From the human T2T-CHM13v2.0 reference genome, Homo sapiens, in the NCBI RefSeq assembly GCF_009914755.1, contig NC_060931.1: a stretch of 64,000 nt of DNA; one strand, 5' to 3'. The first letter of the stretch is position 1. Every line of letters starts with the position of its first letter. The translations under genes were made by a program, and so were the position numbers. The notes under the pieces are model-generated. The model did no database searches, was not told the DNA's origin, and was given only the letters and a program-made list of their open reading frames with translations. Below, in pieces: positions 1 through 20,410 of the stretch.

Positions 1-297
<297 letters not shown>

Positions 298-863
298 AAT
301 TCCACTTCTTATTAGCTCTGGGATTGTGGACAATTTCTCTAGGCAGAGCTTCCTCGTCTGTAAAATATGAATGAGTCTAATATGTATGCATCTAGTAATC
401 TGATTTAATCACAAAATGGGACTAGACTATACAGTCCTTAAAGAATCTATCACTATGACTTCTCTCAGTGGCCTTTTTTTTTTTTTTTTTTTTTTTACAG
501 AGCTGGATAATAAAGAGCTTAGAATTTTATTCCTGAAAGGCAACTAGAGTGCTAGGCATTCTGGGTTTCTGATAGAAGACATGCACATAAGCTTTAGCAA
601 ACACTCAGAACTCTATGCTCCCTAACTACAACTTCGCCAGAGTGCAGAGGCCAACTTTTTTCCTTTAAAAAACTAACTCCAGGATGTGTTCACATGGTCA
701 ATAAGATCTATAGTTCTTTGCTGATCATCCCCTGGGAAACTTTTAAAATGAAGTCTGACACATTACAAACCATGCACAGAAACAAACAATATCAGTAAAA
801 CTCTCAAGTAATGCGTGGTTTTGAGCCATGTAGAGTCCAGGTAAGCCTTCCAAGCTTGGTTAG

Positions 864-1224
<361 letters not shown>

Positions 1225-1439
1225 TGATGGCCTTTTAAAACAACCAGACTTTGTAGGCTATCTGCAAAAGATAATAGTTTGAAATTTTAATATTTATTTA
1301 AATAGTCCTCCTGATGGTAACTGATCACTAACTTTTGAAGTGCGTTGGGTTGGACTCAGTAAAAATCTCAGCAATAGCTTATAGGAAATTATTCTTCTGT
1401 TTTCTAAGGCAGGAGGCTATGCACCCGTGTCATCTAAAA

Positions 1440-1650
1440 GAGTGGCCCATGGTGCTATGGAGCAAGCCAAATCTTCATTGCAGTCCAGTTCTGTCATTTA
1501 CCAAATCTGTGACCTCCAGAGAGCTGTTTTATTAATCTACCCCTCAGCTTCTTCATCTGTAAAATGGGACAATGATAGCCCTTCTCTTCCAGATTAGGCA
1601 CCTAATGCAGAACCTAGTGAGATCTAAATATATATTAGCTACATCTATTA
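1440..1650. mobile_element. MIR SINE fragment
   Basis: MIR core cctcagcttcttcatctgtaaaatggg. Confidence 0.6.
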
Positions 1651-2954
1651 TTATGTTTATAAAGACAAAGGATAAATGGTAGTCCTGTTTTGTCCCACTC
1701 AAAGCTGTTCTCTGAGCCACAAAAAGACTGTTTCAGCTGCATGCCAAGTTAACACATTGCAGTTAAGAAGGAAAAGCATTGCAGTAGAGACTAGTCCGTG
1801 AACATCTTTGTCCTCACCATTCCTATCGCCTTCTTTTAAATGAAGGAGGCAGTGGGTTTCTTATATTTTGGTCCCCATGATTTTGCAATTTATAGCCTTG
1901 ATAACCTGGCCACAGCTAATTAAGCCAAGGTTCGGGGCTCATTCCTTAGGCCGTGATGTGCAACTTGGCCTGTACCCTCTAACATGGCTTCTCATGAGAA
2001 CTCTACCTAACAGAAAGTTCTGTGTTGAATAGCGATGAACGGATTCACTCCAACCTTCTCTCAGTGACTTTGAATAAAAGATATGCAGACTGTATAGCAG
2101 CCTAAAGAGTGGGCTCTGTTCCCTCGCAAATTTTAGCATACTCATTGAGAAGGGAGGGAGCTTTGGGGAGACAGTGAGAGAAGAGAATTTAAACATTGTG
2201 GGCAATTTCTTCTGCCCTTCCATTTGCTGTGGAATTTTCCAGCCATTTTATGTTCTGTGGATTTTTCATGCTTGATATGGTTGGTTTCTGGGATGTGTTT
2301 CAGTCAACATTGACCCAAAAACCATGCAGTCAGTTTTCTATCTAAAAGCCAAAGCTGTAACCTCACTGATATTGCAGAAATGTTTCTATCACTTTCTGAC
2401 CCCTAAAAGTGCATGTCTCTTAGATCATAGCTTTGCTGGTATCAAGATTACATTTTTAACAGTATAAACCTGTTACATATGCAGTAGCAATTAGAATGCT
2501 CTCCCCAAGAGGAGGACATTCTCTGAAATCCCAAGTAGGAGTGAACCCAGAGTAGCATAGCATATCTGCTAACTTGATTCCATCTGTCTTTGTTGCAACA
2601 TGCTCACTGAGCATATGCCCCTAAATGAATATGAGATGAAGACAGGATCTGTGGTCCCTCCCGCAACATTGATGGGGTAAGTTTTTTTGCTAGGCTGAGT
2701 GTGGTTCAAATATTTTTGTACAATATATATCCTAAACACAAACAACTACTTCGTCTGTTGCCCACCCAAAAATATGCTGATCTGTTTTGTGCTGAAGTAT
2801 GATCGTTCGTGTTGGCGTCCTTGAGAAGTAATGGGATAAGGTACTTGAAGGGCGATTTAAGAGCTTTCCAGAGCAGCCCTTGGCTTTTCTTAATTTTCCA
2901 GTTTTGCAACAACTTTTAGAGCCCAATCCTCATGTAAGCTTTGGATCCACTGGA

Positions 2955-3140
2955 ATTAAAAGCTCAGACTTTATAGACAAACAGACCTGGGTTTGAATCC
3001 TATTTCCATCACTTGCCTTTAGGAAAGTTGCTCAACTTTTCTGAGTCTTCATTTTCTCATCTGTGCCCACCCTCTTATTGCAGTGAGGCTTGAGTGGTAT
3101 TCACAGCCCTCGGTGCAGTCACTTCCATACATAAGAGCCA
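2955..3140. mobile_element. MIR SINE fragment
   Basis: acagacctgggtttgaatcc...ttttctcatctgt MIR core. Confidence 0.65.
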
Positions 3141-3759
3141 CTGTTGTTGTTAACATAGTTTAGAAGTTAAGAGAGTCACAGGCGTCGTAAACCCTCAGAT
3201 AGTACCAGTCATGAGGAAGCAGAATTCACTAAGCGGTGGGTAGGAGGGTGCACAAGTAGCCAGGTATACAAGTAGCCGGGAGCTGCTGAGTGTCCCAGGT
3301 CTCCATGAGGATCAATCACTCAATAGCTTGGATAGTCTGCGTGTGGATAACACATCAGCAAGGAATAGAGACAACGCCTTAAAACAGACTTTCAGCATTT
3401 CTGGTGTCGAAAGGTCCTAACATGAGGTCTCACTAAATTCGAGATTTCATCAGCCTGAGAAGAACTCAGGGTAAAATAAGAGTAGTAATACACACCCCTT
3501 TTAACCTGGGTTAGAATGCGTTTATGAGTGTGAGGTGATCTTCAAGTATAAAGCCCTATGTGGATGTAACATGATAGCAGATTATAAATATTAATAGCAT
3601 TTTAAGTCAAAGATAACTATTTAGAATTGTGAATAATAGAGAAGAAAGACTGTGGGCATCACTGTACCTCCTACCCTCAGTTAAAACTTACTGAAGGAAC
3701 TGAAGGTTAAACATTCTTGATAACCATTGTATTTCTGCAGTGTCTCAGAAGTATTACTA

Positions 3760-3882
3760 GAAGACAAGCATGGGATTTAGAGTTAAACTAACCTTGGGTT
3801 CAAATCATAATGCTGCCACTCCTTGACTGTGTGACGGTGGAGAAGTTATTTCACTTCTCTAAGCTTCAAATTCTCTATCAGA
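3760..3882. mobile_element. MIR SINE fragment
   Basis: gggttcaaatc...tgtgtgac...ttcacttctctaagcttc. Confidence 0.55.
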
Positions 3883-3884
3883 AA

Positions 3885-3953
3885 TGTTTTTTCTGTAGCT
3901 ATCTGCTTAGGAACAAAGAGAAAGGCAGCTTCCTGCATGACTCAGCTTCCAGC

Positions 3954-3985
<32 letters not shown>

Positions 3986-4043
3986 GTTATTATTTGCTTT
4001 TGACAAAGTGAACTGAGGTCCCAAGTTTTTATTTCCCTTTCAC
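3885..4043 (-). mobile_element. MER4-group ERV1 LTR 5' fragment with internal (ATT)n
   Basis: Reverse complement starts TGTGAAAGGGAAATAAAAACTTGGGACC...AAGCTGAGTCATGCAGGAAGCTGCC, resembling MER4-group LTR starts. Confidence 0.7.
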
Positions 4044-4990
4044 AGAGTCAAGTTTATTGGTATAATCCTGCTAAGAAGTACTTAAAACAAAAACTAGCTA
4101 TTCACAAACAAGTCAAATATATACCCTCTAGAGTGTGTTGATAACGTGACTTAGTACATGAAGAGAGAGCGTGGTGTTCAATTGTGCAGGTCAGGTGAAG
4201 CTAGTCTTTCATGCCTCATCACAAGTAGCAGATTTCCATTAAGAATTGGCAAGCTCTCAAAGCTCAGACTCTCCCAGAGCAGAGCAAACAGGCAGATGCG
4301 AATACATGCCTATCCCAGCAGCATCTGTTTATGCCAGTGGGGAGAAACCATCCCCTCCACACACGGTTAAACAAGTCAGTGTGCAGCCTACCTCCAGGGC
4401 CCTTCTCGTTTTGCCTGGGAATGTCCTGGGTGGCTTGTAGGAGATGAGGATGCAGCTTGGGGCAGCCAAACCTGGGGCATTTCAGAGGCAGAGTATAATT
4501 CATGTGGCAATACCTGGCTCTTTATGGCCCGTAGTTTTACACCTACCATCCTCTGCACACAGAAAACTTTAGGCAGAAATGGAGCATGCACAACCAGGTC
4601 TGCATATCCGAGAGTGGTCATTTCCTTGCAAGGCGTGTCGCTTGACTGAGGGGACTAGGGGGCTGCAGAGGGGCTGGCAGATGTTTGGCTTTTGGTGCAG
4701 ATATGAGCCAAATAAATTGAAAATAGGAAGAAGGAGTACATGACCTCACCCAAATTTTAATTCCCATAGAATAGTTTTTTGTTTGTTTGTTTTTAGCGTT
4801 GTATGCCTAATAGGGTAAATGTTATTCAAAAAATAGCCCAGGTGTTAGAAAGACAAAATAGTTGTTACCTTTAGGGAAATGGTTGTGAACAAAAGGGGCA
4901 CACAGGGGGTGTCTGGGCCACTAATAATGTTCTGTTTCTTGATGTGGATTCGAGTTACATGGGTGTGTCACTTTATGAAAATTCATCAAG

Positions 4991-5304
4991 GGCCATCAAG
5001 GGCTCGGTGGCTCACGCCTGTAATCCCAGCATTTTGGGAGGCCAAGGTAGGCGGATCACTTGAGGTCAGGAATTCGAGACCAACCTGGCCAATGTGATGA
5101 AACCCAATCTCTACCAAAAAAATAAAAAATAAAAATTAGCTGGGCGTGGTGGTACACTGCTGTAGTCCCAGCTGCTTGGGAGGCTGAGGTGGGAGAATCA
5201 CTTGAACCCAAGACGTGGAGGTTGCAGTAAGTGGAGATCATGCCACTGAACTCCAGCATGGGTGACAGAGTGAGACCCCATCTCAAAAAGAAAACAAAAA
5301 CAAA
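4991..5304 (+). mobile_element. Alu SINE (older AluS/AluJ)
   Basis: Full dimer with A-rich tail. Confidence 0.93.
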
Positions 5305-5305
5305 A

Positions 5306-5620
5306 GGTCTGGCACGGTGGCTCACACCTATAATCCCAGCACTTTTGGAGGCTGAGCAGACTAGGATCACCTGAGGTCAGGAGTTCGAGACCAGCCTGAC
5401 CAACATGGTGAAACCCCTTCTCTACTAAAAATACAAAATTATCCGGGTGTGGTGGTGCATGCCTGTAATCCCAGCTACTCTGGCTGAGGCAGGAAAATCG
5501 CTTGAACCCGGGAGAGGGAGGTTGCAGTGAGCTGAGACGGTGCCCCATTGCACTCCAGCCTGGGCAGCAAGAGCAAAACTCTGTCTCAAAAAAAAAAAAA
5601 AAAGAAAGAAAGAAAGAAAA
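5306..5620 (+). mobile_element. Alu SINE (AluS), tandem to the previous Alu
   Basis: Full dimer beginning at the end of the previous Alu's tail; own tail A-run plus (AAAG)n. Confidence 0.93.
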
Positions 5621-7345
5621 TTCATCATGCTGTATACTTATAATCTGAGTATTTTTCTTCATGTAGGTTATTAAAAAACAGCAGAAATATTCTTCTCTCA
5701 AAAGAAATTTCTATATTTTAAAATATGCATATTTATACTATATATATATTTATATTTAAATTATATATATATATTTAGTAAGGAGGGGAATACATATAAC
5801 TTGATACAAAGTCTGCACTAAGTTAGAATATATCTAATGCAAATTAATACTTGAGTGCATATTAAGATATATCAAAATTTAAAAATTGGTCAAGGTTTTT
5901 AAGTGCTTTGACAGTTACAGTAAGGTAAGGTTCTACATAAAATAACATGAGTATTGTCAGCTTCCACCTTACATTTCCAGGAATAGTCATTTTTCATGCA
6001 TTCATTATATTCTTTTCAGCATCATTTGCAGAGTTTTTGAACTTCTAAGCTGTACCACACAGAAATGCCATAACACTCATTTTGACTATTTCAACAAAGT
6101 ATTATAACTAAGCCATTAATTGATCCACTAGCTTTGCTGTTGGGAAAATTTACTTATTTTGTAAATACAGCCACATTGACTTTTAAAGTCATCTAAATAA
6201 GCTTGTTATTAAATAAAAATGTTTTGAACCTTAAAACTGCTTTAAATGATTTTAAATAAATGGTTTATATTTTTTTCTCAGTAGTAATAATTTTTCTGAA
6301 GTATTTGCTTATTGTTTTTAAGTGATTTCTTTATACATATATATGTATATTTACATACTATGTGTATATATTAGGCAATATTAAATGACCTGAAGCTTTT
6401 GATCAATTCTAATAGAACAGACAATTGCAATTCTAAATTAGCTCTCATAAAATGGAACATTTTGCAAGTAGCTAATAAATATTTGTTGATCAATAGTTAT
6501 ACCTTGAATCCTTTATCTATTAGAATTTTCCAGACAACAAACTCATATTGTTTCTCCTTTAGGTTCATTTGGATGTATCAACATAGTAACTCTTGTTACA
6601 AAAATATTTTAAGTTTAAAATCAATTATTTGGTTAAATTCTGTATGCATATTTTAATAGTTAATAGACAAGGTAAAATCAGCTCACTTCCATGTGTTCAA
6701 TATTTATTGCTTGAAAATTAAGGCTTATAAATTAGAGTATGCTAACTATGCCTTTTTGTTATAGATCCTCAGCGCTGTTGGTTGTATTATGGAATAGTTA
6801 AGTATAGGCTCTGCTCTCCAGACACCAAAGGTTTAACTCAGCTCTGTCTTTCACCAGGCTTGAGCACCAAAGGGGAAGTCAGAGAAAAAGTAACAGCAAG
6901 TGAAATAAAAATAGAATTCTCAAAAGCAATAGTTGAAAGACAAGACCACAGAATGGTATGATCAAAGTGTTGAGAGAAAGAGAAACAGAAATTGAGAGTT
7001 TGAGACCAAAAGGTTTTTCATTAAAGCAATCTCTAAAGGATTTACTTAATTTTTTTAAATAAAAGAAACCCAGAAGAAATGTCTGAGGTGTAAGAAGTAT
7101 TGATCAAAGACATTAATGAAGATATAGGTTAAAGGTTTTTAAAACTGTGTAATAAAATATTAACATCAAAATTAATGTGTTTTAAAAAGGAGTAAATGAA
7201 ACAATTAAAAATGAAGTCTGTTAGTCAGAAAGAGAATAATCAAAATTACAGTTTTTTAAGATCCTTGTATTTTAAGAGGATTTAAAAGAGTGATTAACTT
7301 TAGACTTTCTTAAGTATGTAAGATAGAATTCCAAAGTGCCCACTT

Positions 7346-7654
<309 letters not shown>

Positions 7655-7804
7655 TTCAAAGTGCCCACTTAATATTAAATAATATATAACTTCAAAACCA
7701 GAATGGGGGAGGAAATGGATTAAGAAAACAAATATAAATCATCTATTCAGAAAGACTAAACAATATAAGACAATAGGAACAAGTCTGTCTTTCTTGCTTT
7801 TACA

Positions 7805-8082
<278 letters not shown>

Positions 8083-9089
8083 AGTCCATGGCAGTGGACT
8101 AAATATACTAGCTAAAAGATCTTGTCAAATTAGTTTAAAAAGAAGCTAAGTGGTTTTTTTAAGACACATCTGAAATAAGAGGACTCAGAAAGCCTGAATG
8201 GAAAATAATGAAAAGAGACATAATATGCAAATAATAATTAAAGGAAAAACCGGGTAACTATAATAGCAGGTAACAAAGACTTCAAAAACCTTTTTAGAAG
8301 GTAGAAAGGATACTGAATTATGGCAAGCGATTCATTTTGCCAGAAGAACTTAGCAATTTTAAACTTGAATTCACAAAATACTCTCAAAATATATAAAGCA
8401 AAAATTGACAGAAGTGCAGGGAGAAATTGATAACTCAAATATCATAGAAGAAAATGTGGCATATTAATTTCAGAACTGATCATTTAGGCACACGACAATA
8501 AGTAAAAATAGAGGTTTCCACCAATATAATTTAAAAACTTGATTGACATAAAGTCTAAACAAAATAAAGAACACACATTCTTCTAAGATATAAATGAAAT
8601 GTTTAAAACATTTATGACTTTCTAGGGGAAGGTATCTTAAAAATACTTAGAACTGAAGGACAATAAATAATCCTATAAATAAATATTCATGAGATGCAAG
8701 ACAAAGATAGTTGTAGTTATTTTACACTTTAAATGCTTAAGTAAAAAATGAGTTAAGGCTAGAAACTCATAGCTAAATTCAAATAAAGTAAAAGTATGTG
8801 ATGATGTAAGAGCAGAGCTTAATGAAATAAAACTTGAAGTTATAGTAGGGAGGATCAACATAGTCACAAGTTAGTTTCTTGAAAACAGAAAATCCTCCAG
8901 CAAAATTGGTTAAGAAAAAAGGAGAACACCACAAATAATCAATACAAGAAATGAAAATGGAGATAATTATAGGTAGCAGACACTTTAAATGACAATAAGA
9001 GAATACCATGAACAAAGCTGGCCAAAGCATTTGAAAATTTAGGCAAAATGGATGAATTCCATCTATAGTATATATGTATCAGAATATTA

Positions 9090-9575
9090 TTTTTATTGAA
9101 AGATATTGTCACTGGGTATCGAGTTCTAGGTTGACAGTTCATTATTTTTTTCTTTCTTATTTTAAAGGTGTGGTCCTACTGTCTTCTGGATTGCATTATT
9201 TCCTGTGAGAAATCTGTCATTGATATGTTTGCTCCTTTATGGGCAATTGTGTCCTTTTTCTCTGGCTGCTTTTAAGAATGGCCTTATGATATACCTCAGT
9301 GTAGTTTCTTCCATTCATGTTTTAATTTAAAGCCATTATCTCTTCAAATATTTTCATCACTCTCCCAACCCCCACTTTTGGAAATTCCCATTATACATAT
9401 TGTACCACTTGACTTTGCCCCACAGCTCATTGGTGCTCTTTCCTTTTTTCTTTTTTCTTTTCTAGTAGCTTTTTTTTCCTCTGTTTTTTATTTTGGATAG
9501 TTTCTATCACTGTCTTCAAGTTATCTAATCTTTTCTTCTGTAGTGTCTAATCTGCTGTTAGCCCTTTCCAGATAT
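9090..9575 (-). mobile_element. Old L1M(C)-type fragment, host of the L1PB insertion
   Basis: T-rich L1 antisense phrases such as gtcttctggattgcattatttcctgtgagaaatctg and tctaatctgctgtt. Confidence 0.6.
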
Positions 9576-14516
<4,941 letters not shown>

Positions 14517-15230
14517 TGTGAATTTCACTTTGTTGAGTGTAGATATTTTTATATCCTATATTATGCTTAAGCTTTGTTCTGGGATGAAATTAACTTATTG
14601 AAAACAGTTGATCCTTTGGAGACTTGCTTTTAGACTTCATGAGGTGAGACCAGCACAGCCCTTTTCTAGGGCTGATTTTTTCCCAATAATGTTATAATTT
14701 CCTTTTGAGTACTGTACCTAATACCCTGAGTTACAAGGTTTTGCACTCAGACTGGTGGGAACATGAATTATTCTTAATCTGTGTGAGTAGGTTGTTCCCT
14801 CAGCTCCTTTCAGGTGAGTTTTCTCTGACCCAGGTTGTTTTATTACACACATGAATTTATTGGTACCTTGCTGAAGACTTAAGGGACACTTCTGCAGATC
14901 ACTTAAGTTTTCTCTCTGTACAGCTCTCTCCTGTCTGGTATTCTGTTCTGAAGACCCTAGACTACCAACTCTGTCTCCTCAAGTAAGGAGCTCACCAGGT
15001 TCCTAAGTTTCCCTTCCCTGCACTGAGACCCAGAAAATTTTATCAGGCAGTAGGCTGAAGCAATTGTGGGGTTCACATTGTTTGTGTCTGTCTCTCAGAC
15101 ATAACTGCCCTGCCCTGCCTGATCTCTATGACTGTTTTATATATTTTGTCCAGTCTTTTAGTTGTTTCAGACAAGAGTAAGTCAAATCCTGCTACTCCTT
15201 CTCGGCTGGAAGTAGAAGTTTCTAGTCTTA
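14517..15230 (-). mobile_element. Old L1M(C)-type 5' region fragment
   Basis: gtgaatttcactttgttgagtg...ctcggctggaagtagaag resembles an L1M 5' region; likely continuation of 9090-9575. Confidence 0.55.
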
Positions 15231-15482
15231 TGATTTTTAACTGTTGTCAGCTAATTAAAATGTAAAGTTTTATAAGGACTTCATAAGTGTATGCAAATGC
15301 TCCTAAGGCTTTCCTGGATGTCAGTTTAGGCCCCCAGGCTTCAGGATTAATCTTTAATTAATACTCTGAGTGGAGACAGGGAAAAGAAGGGTGAATGAAG
15401 TTTCTGTGGTCTAAGAAATCCCAATAGACAACTTCTGGAGAAATGACAAGAGAGGGACATAAGCAATCAAAAAGAAGGGCGA

Positions 15483-15872
<390 letters not shown>

Positions 15873-15909
15873 CTAATAAAATACTTGCTCTAAAAATTAG
15901 ATTCTAGAT

Positions 15910-16100
15910 ATTATCTGAATATGTGCCAGTCACTATTCTAAGCATTTTACATATGTGGATGTATTTAATTCTCTGACAACTGCATAAGTAAGCTATTATC
16001 ATCTCCAGTTTATGGATAAAGAAGCAGGCTAAGCAAATTCCCCAAGATCCCATAGTTAAAAAATGGCATGGCTCAGATTTCAATCCAGGCTCTGTAACTA
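15910..16100. mobile_element. MIR SINE fragment
   Basis: attatcatctccagtttatggataaagaagcaggct MIR core. Confidence 0.6.
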
Positions 16101-16437
16101 ATATATTATCTGCTAAGAATATCAGTCTTATCATGTTTAGTTCTCTGGCTTAAAGTCCACAACATAATAAAAGTGAATTGTAGATGCTGAGATGAAGATA
16201 TTAAATGTAAATACAACAAATACAAGGAAAAATAAAAACTGACAATTTGTTTAAAAGGGCAAGGACATAGAATCCTCTGAAATAGACATTGCACTGAGAA
16301 GTCTATCACTAGCATATTAAGGAATGAAGACTCAGATAATGAACTTGCTGTTAAAAAAGCAAACCTCTGTTAATAACTTTTAATTAAACCTTTGATTATA
16401 TTTTTAAATGTTTTTTATTTCTTAAAAAACAGTTTTG

Positions 16438-16752
<315 letters not shown>

Positions 16753-17197
16753 AAACAGTTTTGCATTTGAATAATTCTGACACCAAAATAATTTTTATCC
16801 TGGAATACACTATTCAATAGTGGTAAACTTTGTTATATGGAAAACATTTCTTATTTCTGAGCAATATCAGGTAAATGAATCAGGAATTATTTGAATTAGA
16901 AGGTATTGTTACTAACCCCCTCATACCTCCAATGTACTAAAACTAATACATCTTAAAATTCCTTTTAATCATTTAATTTTTCTTTTTTCCAAAATTTTCC
17001 CCACATAAATAAAGTAGAATTTAGCCTCTTCTACTTCAAAAATAAAGTATTTTCTAACAATGTTTATCATTATAAGTTTCTCAGGGCTCAAATGTAGAAC
17101 ATCTTTTTGATAGCTTTTCACTCTTTCCCCAAACATATCCCAGTTTTATGAGACCAAGTACAAATATCTTCCTGTCACACATCATCAGGAGAATCTT

Positions 17198-17510
17198 GCC
17201 AGGTGCAGTGGCTCACGCCTGTAATCCCAGCACTTTCAGAGGCCGAGACGGGCGGATTGCCTGAGGTCAGGAGTTCGAGACCAGTCTGGCCAACATGGTG
17301 AGACCCCGTCTCTACTAAAAATACAAAAAAAAATTGCTGGGCATAGCAGCAGGTGCATGTAATCCCAGCTACTCTGGAGGCTGAGGCAGGGGAATTGCTT
17401 GAACCAGGAGGTGGAGGTTGCAGTGAGCCAAGATTGTGCCACTGCACTCCAGCCTGGGTGACAGAGCGAGACTCCATCTCACACACACACACACATACAC
17501 ACACAAAATA
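17198..17510 (+). mobile_element. Alu SINE (AluS) with (CA)n tail
   Basis: Full dimer; tail is acacacac... Confidence 0.95.
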
Positions 17511-18286
17511 TGGATAAAATATCTAGTGTGAGAGGAACAGCAGAAGGAGAAAGTAATGTCTTGAGGAAGGTGCGAATCATCTGTAAATACTTTTTAGAGT
17601 AATGGAATTCCTAGACAGACAGCTTCGCAGGCAGTATTGCCATTCAGTATCATTGGCAACCTTCCTAAAAGGAAAAGAGTAATGTTAATGCCATTTCTGA
17701 AGGTATGAATTGAGGATTTTGATTCTTTTTCCATAAATACTTACCTTGTGAAAACTCCTCTGCAATCTCTACTGTCAGTAAGTTTTATAAATGCTGTATA
17801 CAAGTCTTCAATTCACCATTGCCTGCTTGAGGCTTATTTATTTTTTGAGAAAGAAGCTGGAGAAGTCATTTGAAAATTCATGGGTAGTTCACTCTTCAAG
17901 GTTGTGGTGTGCTCTTCAAATAGCTATAAAAATTTCCAAGAGACAGGACCACTGACCCTGCGCTTCGTAGCAAATAGCTTTACTTACTCATTATCTGACT
18001 AGCGTATTAGTTAATCATGTAAACGATTATCTTTCTTTTCAGGTGGCAATAATTCATGGCATCTCCTCCCCCTTCCACCCCACACATATACTTATTTATT
18101 GTCACAGCCTGATTTATAATTGTTTTTTAGGATTTCTTCATATCCTCCCTCCTACCTTTACCCCTGAGTTCAGAAAATAATAAACACTCTAAATCTCCAA
18201 GCAATGGAACTCTTCTAAGAGTTAAGCTAAAGTCTATCCTACCACCTTGCTATATTAATGTCAGCTCATTTGATGTGTCTGTAGAG

Positions 18287-18620
18287 CAGGATTTGTTTGG
18301 CAAGCTTTTTCTGTAAAGGACCAGATAGTATTTCAGGCTTTTTGAGCCATGTGGTGTCGGTCACAACTTTTCAACTCTGCCATCATATTGTGAGAGCAGA
18401 AGTAGACAAGGTATGTTTAAAAAAAAATGGGTATGGTTGTGCTCCAATAAAATCTTTTTTATAGACACTAAAAACTTGAATTTCATGCAAATTTTATGTG
18501 TAAGGAAATAATTTTTTAAAAATCTCTTCTTTAACCTTTTAAAAAGACAAAAGCCATTCTTAGCCTGTGGGTCGCACAAAAACAGGCAGCAGGCCATGGG
18601 CCATAGTTTGCCAACCCATT
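18287..18620. mobile_element. MER58-like hAT-Charlie MITE
   Basis: tggcaagctttttctgtaaaggaccagatagt ... ggccatagtttgccaaccc terminal motifs. Confidence 0.75.
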
Positions 18621-18648
18621 ATCTAAACGGTTAACAGAATGCTTACTA

Positions 18649-19164
<516 letters not shown>

Positions 19165-19297
19165 GTCTAATACACTGAAAACTTAGAATACACCGCATAA
19201 AATATGAGCTGGTAGGCTGCGTAGTATAAGATAGCGTCATGTGTCACCTGAGAGATAGCCATTGGATTCTCATGCTTCTAATGTAGAAACCATAATA

Positions 19298-20093
19298 CCG
19301 TGGTCTTCCCCTTACCTACAGTTTCATTTTCTGTGGTTTCAGTTACCAGAGATCAACCAAAGTCTAAAAATATTAAATGGAAAATTTGAAAAATAATTCA
19401 TCAGTTTTAAATTGTGTGCTCTTCCAAGTAGTATGATGAAATCTTACACCATCCCACCAGAGACTTGAACCAGCCATTTGTCCAGCATATCCACGCGGTA
19501 GCTGCTACCTGTTCCTGAGTCACTTAGTAGACTTCTGGATTATTGGCTCAACAGTAGAGGTATTGCAGTGCTTCCATTCAAAAATTCCTTACTTTACTTT
19601 TATTATGGTATATTATTGTAATTGTTCTATCTTATTAGTTACTGCTGTTAATATTCTATTGTGCCTCATTTATAAATTAAACTTTACATAGATGTGTATG
19701 TATTGGAAAAAAATATGGTACAGCTGACCCTTGAACAACACAGATTTGATCTGTGTAGTCTTCTTTTATGTGTTTTTTTTTTCAATAAATACAGCAGGCC
19801 CTCCATATCAATGGGTTCTGAACCTGCAACCAAGGCAAGACACAAATATAGTATTCACAAGATTTGAAACCCATGTATATAGAGAGCTGACTGACTTTTC
19901 ATCTGGGAGGGTTCTGGATGGCTCACTTCCATACTTGAATGTGCTCGGATTTTGGTATAGAAGGGGGTCCTGGAACCAATCCCCCATAGATAGCGAGAGA
20001 TGACGGTATACATAGGGTCCAGTATTATCTGAAGTTTCAGACATTCACTGGGGCTCTGGGAATGTATAACCTGCACATAAAAGAGAATTTCCA
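19298..20093. mobile_element. MER44-like (Tigger7-derived) DNA transposon
   Basis: gtggtttcagttacc...aaatattaaatggaaaat left end; ggtccagtattatctgaagtttcagacattcactgggg right end; TA flanks. Confidence 0.75.
19721..20006. mobile_element. MER8/MER2B-like Tigger MITE nested in MER44
   Basis: ta|cagctgacccttgaacaacac ... ggtcctggaaccaatccccc...gatgacgg|ta. Confidence 0.75.
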
Positions 20094-20410
20094 TACTACC
20101 TCCAAGTTAATAACCACTGAAGAAATCCTAGGCTTAAGAGAGCCCGTTATTGGAACTTAGATGGTGGCGTTAGAGTGCTTATGCTTTGGACTTAGGAGTC
20201 AGTATCCCTTCCCCCCAACTTTGTCTCTTTCTATATTCCTTTCCCATTTTTCCTCTTTCCACCTCCTTACACTCAAACCATACAGTGTGCACCTGACAGT
20301 GGACTACAAAGATTAATATTCGATGAAAGGACTTTGTCCATTTGACCAGACCACTTGAATGATGAGGTGGGAGCCACAGAATACATAGTTGATATTAAAT
20401 TAAGAATCTA

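Noticed and set aside
3810-4016. ORF with a poly-Leu, transmembrane-like stretch
   Set aside because: Poly-Leu is the translation of the (TTA)n microsatellite within MIR/LTR sequence
4645-4670. ggactagggggctgc as a CTCF site
   Set aside because: Lacks the conserved CC of the core; weak match
5198-5701. 167-aa ORF and the many similar ORFs (864, 5056, 15543, 18623, 22915, 24066, 39562 and others)
   Set aside because: They translate Alu sequence (typical LECSG/PASAS/WDYR peptides) and are not genes
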